NCBI RefSeq assembly: GCF_964204645.1
Contig: NC_134025.1
Span: forward strand, 27,880,299-27,944,298
DNA from: Tubulanus polymorphus
Lineage: Eukaryota; Animalia; Nemertea
Reading direction: 5' to 3'
DNA length: 64,000 nt
Shown piece after piece: positions 1 to 16,577 of the stretch (position 1 is the first letter of the stretch; each line of letters opens with the position of its first letter). The position numbers were made by a program, and so were the translations under genes. The notes below the pieces were generated by a model. It saw nothing but the letters and a program-made list of their open reading frames with translations, made no database searches and had not been told where the DNA came from.

Positions 1-2856
1 GCGAGGAGGAGATCCGACAGAAAATAAAACTACCGAGATGAAAATGCGTGTTCGCAATACACCGCGAAATAAATAATCCATAATTTGATACAGTTTCCTA
101 CCAAGAACGTAAGAACTGCAACACGACAAACATAGATATCTAGAATGATTGTGAATAACCGGGCAAAGGGTGGCCGTGCAGTTTTGGAAAACACAGAAAT
201 AATAAATGCCGGATTGAAATATGAAATGATTTCAAATGAACCGCAGTCAAGCAATGGAATAGTCGATTAACTTCCAGGAACTACTAAATGATCGGTAACC
301 ATAGCGACAGAAAATATTCGCGCAATTCAAATCAAGTTTTTCGTGAAAGACATTAATCCGAAGGTATTCAGTATTGGTTTCAGATAAAACAGACACACAT
401 CTGATGACGGCTTGTCAACCATTCACGACTAGCGAATAAATGTAACTAATGAAATTTGACATACAACATCCACCGAGGCATTCATCGGAATACTGGTACA
501 CGACGCCGACGCCGTGTGAACCAGATACAAAAAAGAACCAACATTCTCAAGTATGGTTATGATTGAATGTTTGCGCACATTTTGATCAAATTCTAACTGA
601 AGAAGATGAATTGCATTCCCATTAACGATATGTACATAATGTTTAATAATGCCACTAAATTATAATTGGCAGCTGCCGCAATTGAAATAATGAGTGCGGA
701 AATATATTAGAACAGTCTGTTGCGGGTTGCACAAACAAGCCAGAAAAATCATATTAAACCTCATAAGAAAATGCTAGAATAACGATCTTTTCAAGAAAAT
801 GTTCACAAATGCCTCCTGAAAACCCATACTTTATACATTGATCAGAGAAAGTGATGCGATGTGGTTAGAGTGAACACAACAGACGTGATAGAGAAGACTA
901 GAATGCTATTACGTGCAATTACTGGCAGTAAAAGTGACAATAAATGATGGGTTTTCTTTATTAGCTTCGATTAATTGTCAGTCGTGACTAAAAGTAATGA
1001 AAACCAAACAGATTTATTCAACACTTCGAACTGAATAAGTGTCTGAACACATGCACAGAAACGGAGTCCTTACAATATATAGAATTGCTGTATCACATCT
1101 ATCCTTGCATTAAACGCAGCCCTTGGACAGTGAATACAAATTAACAGAGCCCTAAATATTTCAGAATATGTGAAATCTAACACATGTTACAGCCGCCCTA
1201 TTCACAGAGAATTGATCTCAAAGCCGAAGATAACCGTGATCAAAATATTGACAGAAGCTAACTTACTGCAATGGCTATTTCTGAAGGATTTAATGCTTCC
1301 AGTAACCTGTTGCCATTATCTACCAGTATCAATTACACTTAGTGATGATACAGCTGTTCGCTCTGGTGGCACAGCTATATAGATAGATAGCTGCACCACG
1401 TTTTTAGCTCGGTTACCAGCAGCGATAAATATTGACAGGAACCAGCATCGAGGATTTAATCCGTGTAATAAGATACATTAAAAAAAACGTGCCTAAAAAT
1501 CTTACTGCAGCAAAATCATGTACATAGATTTCTTAATGGAACTAGTAATTATCAAAAACACTCGCTCTTCAAATACCCTCAACAAAAACAATTCGATGAG
1601 ATCAAAATTAAGATTGCAACTAATAAAATGTTTAATCTTACCTATTTTGAAGAGTGAATCCATCATCATAATATTACATGCAGACGATGCACATGTGGAT
1701 TACAATCCTGAAAAGGAACAAAAAGCAAACACTCAAATAGGAATACACTACAACTACCGGTTTAACATTATCGATGTCAAGTCAAATGCCACTTTCCTCT
1801 CTTACCACCGTCACAAACAATCAGATGAAACAATATGTCTACTTTGTGTCAATAGCACGATTTTCCAATGACCAATGAAATTATGTGACCTCTACAATAT
1901 TACCGACAACGCCGAGAATCAATCTGCGCACATTGTCACCATGGAAACAAAAAAAACCTTTTGATCACGATGAAAACCCGCTCAAGTTAAAATCTTTATC
2001 AGAACTAGAAGCCGACGTGAAGATAGATTGGTTTACCTAGGTCCTACAGATTGAGTCTGAAAAACGATATCATATGGCTCATTCGGGCCTTCAGTGAAAA
2101 TTCATAAAATCATAAAGAATTCATCAAAATGAATATGAAAAATATTCGCTAATTGTATAAAAGTCTTACGTTAATAGACGTCGTAAAAAAATCGATATTT
2201 TCTAAGTCACCGAAGCATAAAGTTTTAAATAAGACCATAAATGATCATCTCAGGATACAAATCAACGATGTTTGATACCCGGGTAATCACTGAGGCTTTA
2301 TTCGTGGTCACATGGTAGCGAAGAAAAAGCCCGACTAGTCTTTTAATGGAAATTCTTCATCGATAAAATAGATACAGCAGCGAGAAGAAAGGTTGGCACG
2401 GCGACGACGATAGTGCAATAACCATGGCGACAGCGTTTACATCAGCCGGCACTGTAGACCTACTGACAACAATCATTGACCAAGATTTGCGGGATTATGT
2501 TAAATGACTGGATGGAACTGATGCAGTGCACACAGCGCGCGTGGCATAAATCGCAAAAACTTAGTGCGAGGTTCATTAACCAACTTATCTTACACACCTG
2601 ACTAATTAGCAGCTATGAATTCATGTGTGTGATCAGAATTAGATGTAGTAGTAGCAGGCGTTAATTATGTCTATTAGTATTAAGTAAGTAGGCCTACAAA
2701 CAGCAGGCCTCTCATACAGGCCAAATCCTACCACTGATTTTATTTCATTTTCATTAGGTCTATACAATGAATCTCTCAAGTCATAAGCCTTATACTCCTT
2801 CGTTTCATGTGACTTAAATTTCTTATGATTTTAGGTATGTATCATATTAAACTTCA

Positions 2857-2943
2857 AAAGAAAGTTGGTAATTCTGGGGCCAGTAGGGTATTTATCTTTA
2901 ATCAACGTTTCAGCAACTGGCCCCAGAATTACCAACTTTCTTT
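2857..2943. repeat. Perfect 28-bp inverted repeat with 31-nt spacer (MITE-like hairpin)
   Basis: AAAGAAAGTTGGTAATTCTGGGGCCAGT (2857-2884) and its reverse complement (2916-2943); imperfect pairing extends further outward. Confidence 0.85.
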
Positions 2944-3796
2944 CGATGTACATACTTTAGGTCAATCTTTTTGGTTACAAGAGGAAGGTTACCGAGGTTA
3001 GGCCTATGCCAAATTCAATGAAATTATCTATTTTATTATGTTCGCACCACAAGGCTTGTCACATTCATCCCACCCCAAGCATACAATACACTTTTTCTAC
3101 TTGGGACGCAGTATGATCCCGGCCCAGGACACCAGAAAGAAGGCTGTGATGCTATTTATCAGCTCGGACACCACCTTTGCACCGCCCCTACCAGATTCAG
3201 CAAAGGCAGTCTCACAGTGGAACGACCTCCTTTTAATGACCTCAGATTTATCAGTTATTACAACAAACCTAGAGGTAGAATTCCATCCCAACGTAATTTC
3301 ATATCGGATAACCAACTATTGGTTACAACAAACATATTGTCTGGTCCCCTGGATTTCACTTCATTGTCCAACTCCAAGTCCACTACCTGCACTGTCAAGC
3401 ACAAACTGACAGATAGAGCCGAAGCCAAGGTTTTAGGTCAGTTGATGTTGGTTTTGGTTTCCTCCTCAACACTACTGGTACTGCACTGACTGACACAGGC
3501 AAAGTTCGTTAATAATCTATGATTAATAAACAACAATACTTACGTCAAATCTTGCTATAGCTATATATATGCTGTCAGTCCCTTTCCTATTGGAGCTGTG
3601 CTACTATTGTGTCTGCAACCAACGAGAGGAGAGGATGCATCCATTCATTCATTCCATACTTCACACAGCGCCATCATCAGTCAAACGAAAGCCGTCCCCC
3701 TAATCAGTATGTCCCCGGACGCAGCGCTTCTTATTACAAGTATGTCCCCGTTTTGAAACCATCCCCCATTTGACCATTTGACAGATGACCAACAAC

Positions 3797-4983
3797 ATGT
3801 CATTGATTACTTTTCAGAAGATCTTCCCCATATCTATTGTTTCGAAGGATGATATGTTTAACAAAGCTACCTCAAGAGATTGCGGATGTGTTGGGATTTT
3901 TCTTGGTTCAGGTGAACACAGTTGGTAAGTAGAAAAAGTCTGTGACTGTGAATACGCCTCTGTGCTGTGTGTGTGTAGTCTACGATTTTCATCGAACAGT
4001 TGCCCATATCTCACTCTCCTCCTCGGGCTAATTATTCCAGCACATACAATACATGCAATATCATTTTAACAGGTTAGCCACAAGTTTGATGTTTCAGAGT
4101 GCCGTCAGTATTTCTGCTACTGGGAATTCTATAGTTGTCATACTCTCGCAACCACTTACAAAGTTACCGGCCAGTGTACATGGAATGATAGTAGCTAATC
4201 CAAATACGCTTTTACACGTTAAATTCAAGTGTGTATTTACCGAATGAATATCCGGTTCTACTAACAGTATCAATCCAAGCTTCATCGTGTGTTTTTACTT
4301 AATTTCTAGGTACGTTAAAACTTGCAGTGAACTAACGGATTACTTGGCATCCATTCATTGTTCAGCTGTCGCTCCTTATCAGATCATCATAGATAGTCTT
4401 CAAGATTTCATTCCTAATAATTTAGTAAGTACGATCGAAATGCGAAATAATCAGCGATTACAAGATAAAGCAATTCACAACTCAAAATACATTGATTTCT
4501 TTCACAGAATTCTGGTCATATTGACGACTTTTTTGTTTTGGCCAATCTTTGCGCAGCCATAAAAGATGCTGCTGTTTATATGAAGACAAAACGGTAAAGA
4601 TTTTAGAATGAAACATAATCGAAATTGTCAAACCGTAGGTAATTTCAACGATTGTATTTTTCACAGATCAGTTGATGATTGCTTCCCAATATTAGCTTCA
4701 TCAATTCTCATACCAGGAAATCTGGAGTACAATTTCTATCATCGATTTTTCAAACATTTATGGTTGATATCTGGTAAGCATTCACTTCACATTCAAGATT
4801 GTTCCCAGTTATAATCCTTACTATCAATAGATATTATGTTTTACAGATTTTATGGAAGAAGATACTAACGGAGTTAGAATAACTGAAATTTTGCCAAAAT
4901 CTTTTACAAATGAAGACTTTATGTATTTGAAGCTATTACCGAGCGACCCTATTGATCTGTTAGAATTCTGTTATCCAACATGA
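3797..4983 (+). CDS. SWSAP1: SWSAP1 (SWIM-type zinc finger 7-associated protein 1, Shu-complex RAD51-paralog-like), 6 coding exons
   Basis: Exons ~3797-3924, 4073-4228, 4310-4424, 4508-4593, 4667-4773, 4847-4983 join in frame via GT-AG introns: MSLITFQKIF...TSLMFQSAVS...VVILSQPLTKLPASVHG...LLHVKFKYVKTCSELTDYLASIH...PYQIIIDSLQDF...LANLCAAIKDAA. This resembles the SWSAP1 pattern (LLFAAA...PLQSMP...KIRFQY...LLLLDGLEEY). AATAAA at ~5022. Confidence 0.75.
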
Positions 4984-7553
4984 TTACACCTTGTATTTAA
5001 ATGTCCTAATCTTGCATTTGAAATAAAGCATTTTGTTAATCTTCTACTTTTGAATGTTGCTGTTCCATCCTTCATTCTCAAGTGCTTCCTTTTCATTAAA
5101 TTGATCACCACAATATAAACATAAATCGAGTCGACTAGTAATTCAATGAAATATATAAAAGCTTTATTTTGTTGGTGACATGATCAATGTATAACCAGTG
5201 ATCCGCTTTCGAAAATAATTCTACACGATACAAAGAAATGACGACAATTAACAACACCAAATGGACGCTTCTTAAAATCACTTGGAGTATATTTTCTTTA
5301 ACTCCAAGTTATGAGCTTAAAGCCATATTCATTCTATAATGGATAGCGTCAAATCAGGATTATCAGCTGCCTTTCAATATGCAGAACTCAATAATGTTGT
5401 ATTTATTCTGGGAATAAATACAGTTGTCCCGATAGATTTACTACAAGAATAAACAATACAGAATAGAAACCTGAAAGGAGGAAGTTCAACAGTAGTCCAG
5501 CTAATGTTACAGCTTACATCTTCATGTGTCCTCAGCTGGAACTGTACATAATATATTGATGCATGTATAATACAAAGCCCTGATTGAGAAAGAATTTTTC
5601 GACAAAAATTCTATAATTTGTAGGAAAAGAGCGGTAAGAATATATCTATAGGAGTATATTACACATCCCGGGAAGCACATCACAGATTTCGAACTCGCCA
5701 AAACATATTCGTAATATTTACTGGTCGCCCAATTAATCCAACAACTGGCAAGTTGAGATCTGCTGCAGATGAAATAAATGATTCTAACTTCGATTTCATT
5801 CTACTATAACCAAGAATGATACCGAAGCTATAATTAGCTTAGATAGAGAAACAAAAACATGTATAAATTCGGCACATTATCATATAAATATGTAGATATA
5901 AAATACATTTAATTGCTAAAATTAAATAAAAATTCAAAAGTAGATTCACCCTATGAAAACAAAATCAAATCATTGTACAATGTATTAACAATTCCAATTT
6001 TAAAATTATTCGAGATGCTAAACATTTAAACTAATCGGATACACATCAGTCATTGAATATCATATATTCATCAAATATTTTACACAAGTAAATGTACATA
6101 ATCGATAGACGTCTAAGTCTCTAATTACAGTCTATCAATTGTACCGGTAATGATTAATTCACAGAGAAACGAATAAATAAATGGTCTATGCTATAAAAGC
6201 GGCGACAGAAATGTATACAGAAGAATGAAGCTAGCACAGATGATATACGTACATGTAGTATTGTATATTCAATCATCAGACTTGCATTTGGCATTGATCA
6301 AAGTGGTGAAGTATTGTCTTCGTAAATTTCAAAATTCATATCGTATTTCAAATTTGGTATATGCAACTCGGTATCTTCATCTTACCGATCCTAACAATTG
6401 AGTACCGTGGAGTTTATTGAACGATCACCGTACTACATGTATATACAGCCCGATTTCATTTCATAGTATCTAACAACACGTGATACATACATCATTAGTT
6501 CAAACATAAAAGAATTTGCGGTTTTTGTTCGCCTGTTTAGTTTAACTGAATCAGCCGATGAGCCGATTTTGTTCGATAAATATCCTGTCTCATGGTATTA
6601 AGCTGGACGGTTTATATCATATCAGACCAAAGATGAGTTAAATCATTCACATCATTCCCAGCGATCCCCGATTGAAAGCAAATGAGCAATATGCAGGATA
6701 GATAGTTAGATAGACTGGCTTCAACCACAATAGATGAAAATATGACAAGTATAACCACCTAAATGATTTACTGAACTCATACTATACACTTGTATATAGA
6801 AATGACATTGATCAATTTCACCAGAAAGATAAGTCTTTGGAGGGAATATTATTGTATTGCAGCAGTTATTAGATCAGTAAAATGCAACAAAGTACGTACA
6901 ACATTATAATTATTTTGTACTGACGCTGGAGGAAATATATCGCGCGTTTTCAGAGATACTGCGTGAATAGAGGGAAGAAATTGGTGAAATATTTGGAAGA
7001 GCTCATTTGTTTCGGTAGAACAATTTTCGTGAGTCATATAATTATCATCCGAATTTTGCGGTCGATAAAGCAGTTCATTTGAGTATAAGATTTGAATACC
7101 ATTTTTAATCGAATTTATCGCGAATTCACTGACCAACAATACACAAGACAATTGATATCAATATTTACTTCACATATGTTAGAATAAACAACATAACGTA
7201 ACATGTTCAGTAGCTCAATAAAGCCCTGAAAATATCAAAATTTCTTTCGTCACATATCAGACAACAATAACAATACCAGTAGTCTACATACGTATGGTTT
7301 AGTTAAACCACTGTTGAGAAATTTGATTCGATAATTTTGATTATTTCGCAGTTAAAATTCGCCGCACGCGCAACAAGACGATTCGTGGAGACTTTTCGTG
7401 TTAGTAATTTCTATAGACGATGAAACATCTCTAAATGCTCAGTATTTCACTGGAGAACTGCAGTGACCTGACGGCAGCAACGTGAAATAGCAATTCTACA
7501 GTCAGCAGTGCTGTATTATACAGTTTATAGCTACAGTCAGCAACGACAATGTC

Positions 7554-11418
<3,865 letters not shown>

Positions 11419-11551
11419 TATGCCAATCCTGAAATCCAATTCATTGAAATAAATTTAATTGTAAGCCCGATTTATATTCAACAGTTCATACATTTTTCAC
11501 TTCTAGCTGATACTGAAAATAAAGCTAAAATGGAAATAGGATCCCTTAATT

Positions 11552-12066
11552 CAGGGGCAGATCCAGAGGGGTTGCAAGGGGTATGCAACCCCTGAAATTT
11601 TCAGAGTGCCCTTTTTTTCTGGTCTCAATTTTCTAAAATACTCTATTTCTATAAATACATTTCAAGTTTCAAAGTTGCCATAATGTAGATAACGCGATCA
11701 GATGCCCTGAAAAGTCCCTAAACTAAGTTGACCAAGATTTTCGGAATTTTCTGGGGGAGGGACCCGGATCAACCCTACAGACTTCACACCTTCGGTGATC
11801 GCACAGCACCTGCTATGAAGCAGAGTTACCCTTTTTTTCTGCATACCGCTTAAAAAGAATAAATCCTAGATAATAAAGCCCTGTTATTTTAGATAGGCCT
11901 ATGCGGAAGATAATATCTAATGCCCCACAACAGCTCGGATTGCATCTGGAGCCAGTAAAATTTCAATTATTTCTGTTGGAGCAGCCCAACACCCCTATCA
12001 GTGGGGCTGTGATACTGGACTGAGCAGTAGGCCTACTCAGGAACTGAGGCTGGATATATGCCCCTG
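11552..12066. mobile_element. Decayed hAT-like MITE(s) with CAGGGGC..ATCCAG termini
   Basis: Left end caggggcagatccag; candidate right ends ...gccctg (~11883) and ctggatatatgcccctg (~12066). No TSD recovered. Confidence 0.4.
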
Positions 12067-13307
12067 ATAAATGAATGGTGGTATCAAAAATTGGATTCCC
12101 TGATTAGTATGGCAGCACGTATAGGCCTACTACCAGCAATAGAGGACTGCACTTCGCTTTGAATTTGATACTATCAAAACATATACCTATCATTTACAAT
12201 ATTAAGGAAAATCAAGAGGAAACTTTTTCAGTCAAAGATCACATGAGAAAAAGATTCAGGGAGAAACCTTATCCAAGCCTGTAGTTACTTAACCCAATAA
12301 ACGCAGAATGAAAACAGAACCTGAGTCATTGAAAATCTGCCACATCAACAACTGCACTTGTTCTCAAGTTTCACTTCAGAGGAACAGGCTAATTTTAGCA
12401 CCAATAAACCAATTATAGACCAGCATATAGCGAACATTATAGAGGCTACAACAGTAGATGCACAGTGGTTGTGCGTCATTTATTTCCTGTATTCCTCGTA
12501 TACATGAAATCGTGGAAGACTTTAGTTTTAGAGCTGGGAGAGATTAGGATTCAATCGATCTCTAATTATTCGCTATTAATGGCCTACTAGTTTTCCCAAA
12601 TAAAAACCGACATGATTTGAAACGTAATTTTTTTAATAAGTCAATATCGTGAGAACGCTCAGGACACATTTCTTCGAGACCTGAATGAAGGCAAATGAAT
12701 GAAGGATAAGATTTTCATTTGCCTAATTAGAAATGACTATGTCATGAGAATCATTTTAGCCTAATGTACAAAACCTGAAATGAATTTTATCATTTATCTA
12801 TAAAAATCTGAAAAAAAGGAAATTAGGACCAAACAAATAAAAACTGAATGAAAAAGAATTAAGACTAATTCAATAGTTATGCTGTTACATATTAGATTTT
12901 TAAAAACATGCAAGCAATTAATAATTTAACATTTTACAATCGAAGTGGTGATATTGACAGTTCAGTTGTTGGTATTGTTTAAACTGACCATGATTGCTGA
13001 ACCGGCTTCAAATGGTTGATAGCACTTGAATCACTGTATTTAGGATGCTGTGTTCATAAGTGTAAAATCATTTGATTCCACGAAATAGAAAACGTGCCCA
13101 ACAAGTTTACACCGGAAGTGCTCCGCAAATATGACAAAAATTCCAAAGATGTGACGCAAAATGTCGATTTAAACTGCTTTTCTCTGAATCATAAAGCCGC
13201 GAACGTAAACAAAATGGCATATTTCTTACCTTTGAATAAGTTTTGATACTTAAGATGGGAATCTGCGACAATCCAACACCTATAATCAACTAAAAGACAC
13301 TCTCGTT

Positions 13308-13322
13308 GGTATGTTTGGAATG
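13308..13322 (-). promoter_or_regulatory. Tandem TEAD (double M-CAT) site in putative TEAD promoter
   Basis: Minus strand reads CATTCC-AAA-CATACC (3-bp spacer). Nearby are ACGTCA and two TGCGCAT motifs. Confidence 0.5.
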
Positions 13323-14289
13323 GCACAAAGAATCTTTACAACGTCACGACCACTGCGCATACCGTTCTGCGCATGGGTGGCACTAACTCGCTAAGGAGAA
13401 TTGACGAATGATTATATATTACAAACTCATTATTTCAAATCACTCTTTCTATTTCAACCTCAAAATTACATTTTAGATTAGGAAAAATATCAATAAAAAG
13501 GGAACGATGTGGTTTCTGGATATTGCCTCGTAATAGAACTAGTAAACGGCGATTCTGATTTACGAATATATTTGAATTCTCGATTACCCCGGATATGCTT
13601 ATTACGGAAGCCCAACAGGTGCTCGATCCTGATAGAACTTGCGCTGTGATTGATGAGGCTCAAAATGGGCTTCCGTAAATGAACTCGACGAACTGTCAAC
13701 GAACTTTGAAATCCCCAAGTCTAGTTTTTAACAGAATTAAATTTGATGATCTTATTTGTATCTCACTGACAGGTACTTGTGGCTATGATCCAAGTTTTTA
13801 GGTATTTCAAAATGGTAAATTTGAACCGTGCAGCGCGAGTTTCCCTCAGGTCTGATCGTGTCGTTGTCAGCTGATTGTGGAACCGTTACAAAACATGCCA
13901 TATAATGCCACTGGGAGTGTTGCGCAATACAAACGGGACATTGTCAATGGGACTTGACACCAAATCCTAGTAATCAACACAATAACGTCCATACAACAAA
14001 GCCGGTTGAAACGACAAAACAATCTTTTGAAGAACAATTTTTTTATTAATAAAACTCCATCTCAAAGTCAAATATGTTCAAATATTTGGCCAATAAACAA
14101 TCCTAACAAATTATTGCTGCATTATTTGCAGCTTTTTTATACATCAGATACGAATATCTCAACATCTAAAACTTTCCAAATATAACGGTGATAATGACGG
14201 AAACAGTAATTGAGACAAAAGCTACTTTGACAAATAGAGAATCTGACTGATTAATTTTGACTATAAAATTAGACTGATGAATCATAGTT

Positions 14290-16577
14290 TCACGTGACAA
14301 TATCATCACTGTAATTTGGTCCACTTCTTGTATTAGATTGTAAAACCCTCTCGTCAATAATCTCAGGCAAATCTTCTGCGAGACCCCATTTTACGGCGTT
14401 AAATGCTAAAATTGAAAATGAAAAATATTTTTGAGATAATCAGGACGGACGGGAAAAACAAGGCAAAAACAATTCAATCATTACAATACCTTCTGGTGAC
14501 TCTGCTTTTTGAGAATTCAATTCTGTGACTGGTTCTAATTGTAAACTACGTATGCTAAAGTTTTTATGTAAGGAAGCTGATGATGATGGAGGAGTTGGTG
14601 TGCCCCATCCTAACTGTAATGATGGGGTTGAAACATTTTCTTTTGATCCAGACTCTTCTTCTTCAACTAAAGGTGCCGTTTGGTTACGTCGAATCCTTCG
14701 TTTTTTCCTTTTACGCTTTTTCTTGTCGTTTTCCATCTCTGTAAAAAAAAAAATAAATCCTCATAGAGAAAGCACGTTGTCAAAGTCTGAATACGAGATA
14801 TTTCATTACGAGCATTTACCTGTTCCTCCATCGAGTGGTATCAAACGTCTCGGAGGAGGAATACTGGATGATAGAATTCCTCCGGATAAACTCAGATCTC
14901 CATCGGATTCTTCATCTATAAATTCGCTACTGCGCGATTTTATCGGAGAAGTAGGAATCGGTGATCCAGTCCTTGGAGGAGGTTTTATCGTTTTGTTTGT
15001 ATAAGTACTGATAACGTCCTCATCAAATTCTTCAACATCTTCGACGTTATTCGAGTTATTTGAATCGTCTGATTGTTTAGTTTTTCTAGGTGATATTGGT
15101 GGCATTACAGCGTTTGAGGACGGTATATCATGAGCAGTATCAGAATTATCTTCAGCAGCTTCGAGTTGAGCTTGTTGTAATTTCGCCGCTTTTCTCGCTT
15201 TTTTCTCCTCTTCTTCCTAAACAAAGAACACAATCTAACTGATTACCTGCAGTATTACGATAGTTAAAAACAGGAACAAAATATTTAAACTGATTAGGCA
15301 ATTATTCAGTTTAACCAGGGAAGGATTAACTGAGGTTGCCTGTAGTAACTTAACAGTATTTCAATGATCATTCACCTTCTTAGTCAATTCTTCAACATCA
15401 AGCGGTTTAAATGGATTTTCAGTGATTTCTGTTTCGACTCCTCCATTAGCTGCCAGTTCTTCTTCTTCTTTTCTTTCCCTGAAATACACATCATACGCAG
15501 CGAGTAAAGCAGTGTTTGCGATGAAAACGTATCCTCCTGATTATCAGTTTAACTGGATTATCGATATATTCTCAACTCAATTCTTACCTTTCTTCCTGGA
15601 TTTTGCGAAATCTTTCTGAACGCAATTTTCTTTCTCCTTCTTCGACCTTTCTCTGCGTTTCCATATCCTTTTCAACTCGTGAGTTCAAATTCTCAAAATC
15701 TCCATCGATTGTTTCCAGCAACCACAAAAACCCTGATTGTATCGCTTTGTCTAGTTTCTTCCCTTGACCCTTGATCGCAGCGCAGGTTTCCTTTTTTAAG
15801 ATATGAATTAGTATGTCATACAAATTAATACATCCACGTTTGAATTCCATGATTGTTACTCACAATTCGACAGGGACATTTATTAACATTGACTAATTCT
15901 TCTAAACTAATAGCTTCTATGATGTCAATTTCATCCATGGCTCCTTCCATATCTTGTTTATTAGCCAATCTACAGAACAAAATAATTCAATTATTGCTTG
16001 ATATTTCCGATTATCTAAATCAATAAGAAAACATAGCTCCCATCATACTTACACTAGAAGTGGTTTGCCAGCAATTCTGGCATTTTCCAGTAGATTGAGG
16101 AGAACAAATTTCGCTTCAGCGAAGCGCTCTCTTTCAGTTGAATCCAACACGTAAACTATGCCATAAACTTCGGCAAAATAATTCTTCCAAATATCACGAA
16201 TACCCTTTCCCCCACCGAGGTCGTACATAGTGATGTCAAACCTTCCAAACTTAAATTCCATAGCGTTGAAACCAATAGTTGGAGCCAAGGTGTCCAACGG
16301 ATCTGAAATGAAAAATTCATATCGTATAGGCCTACGCACATGTTAGACTGATTTCAAGAATCATTTTATCATTGAATTATTTACCTCCTTTCAAGCCTAA
16401 TGCAGTCACTGTTTTCCCTGCATTATCCAGGCCAAAAATAGCGAGTGTCAGTTTTCTAGAAAAGAACATGAGAATGCCTGTTGATAGTGAATATGGGGTA
16501 GGCCTAGTTCAGACAGATAGAAGAGCATACCTAGAAGGTAGTTTTTTTCTCCGCATCCAAGCCATACAACCACCCAT
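14290..16577 (-). CDS. ARL13B: ARL13B ciliary Arf-like GTPase
   Basis: GLDNAGKT P-loop, [25 protein letters not shown] (Gly in place of the catalytic Gln, typical of ARL13), LANKQD. Followed by a coiled coil ([31 protein letters not shown]) and a Pro-rich tail ending DDIVT*. Confidence 0.93.

Noticed and set aside
1170-1871. Short plus-strand ORFs (70 and 117 aa)
   Set aside because: No recognisable domain or consistent splice chain; expected by chance in AT-rich DNA.
3038-3409. 123-aa ORF with SQWNDL, reminiscent of a LINE ORF2 C-terminus
   Set aside because: No other RT features. The underlying DNA (acagtggaac..ctccttttaatgacc) looks more like a decayed CAGT-type MITE end; similar fragments occur near 20150 and 50020.
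12483-12511. TCCTCGT loop resembling the HDV-like ribozyme L3
   Set aside because: Forms only a simple hairpin; the P1/P2 nested pseudoknot and P1.1 GG are absent.
14525-15004. Antisense ORFs over ARL13B (similar ones over MIS18BP1 21802-22236, APLF and PEX14)
   Set aside because: Shadow frames of low-complexity coding exons on the opposite strand.
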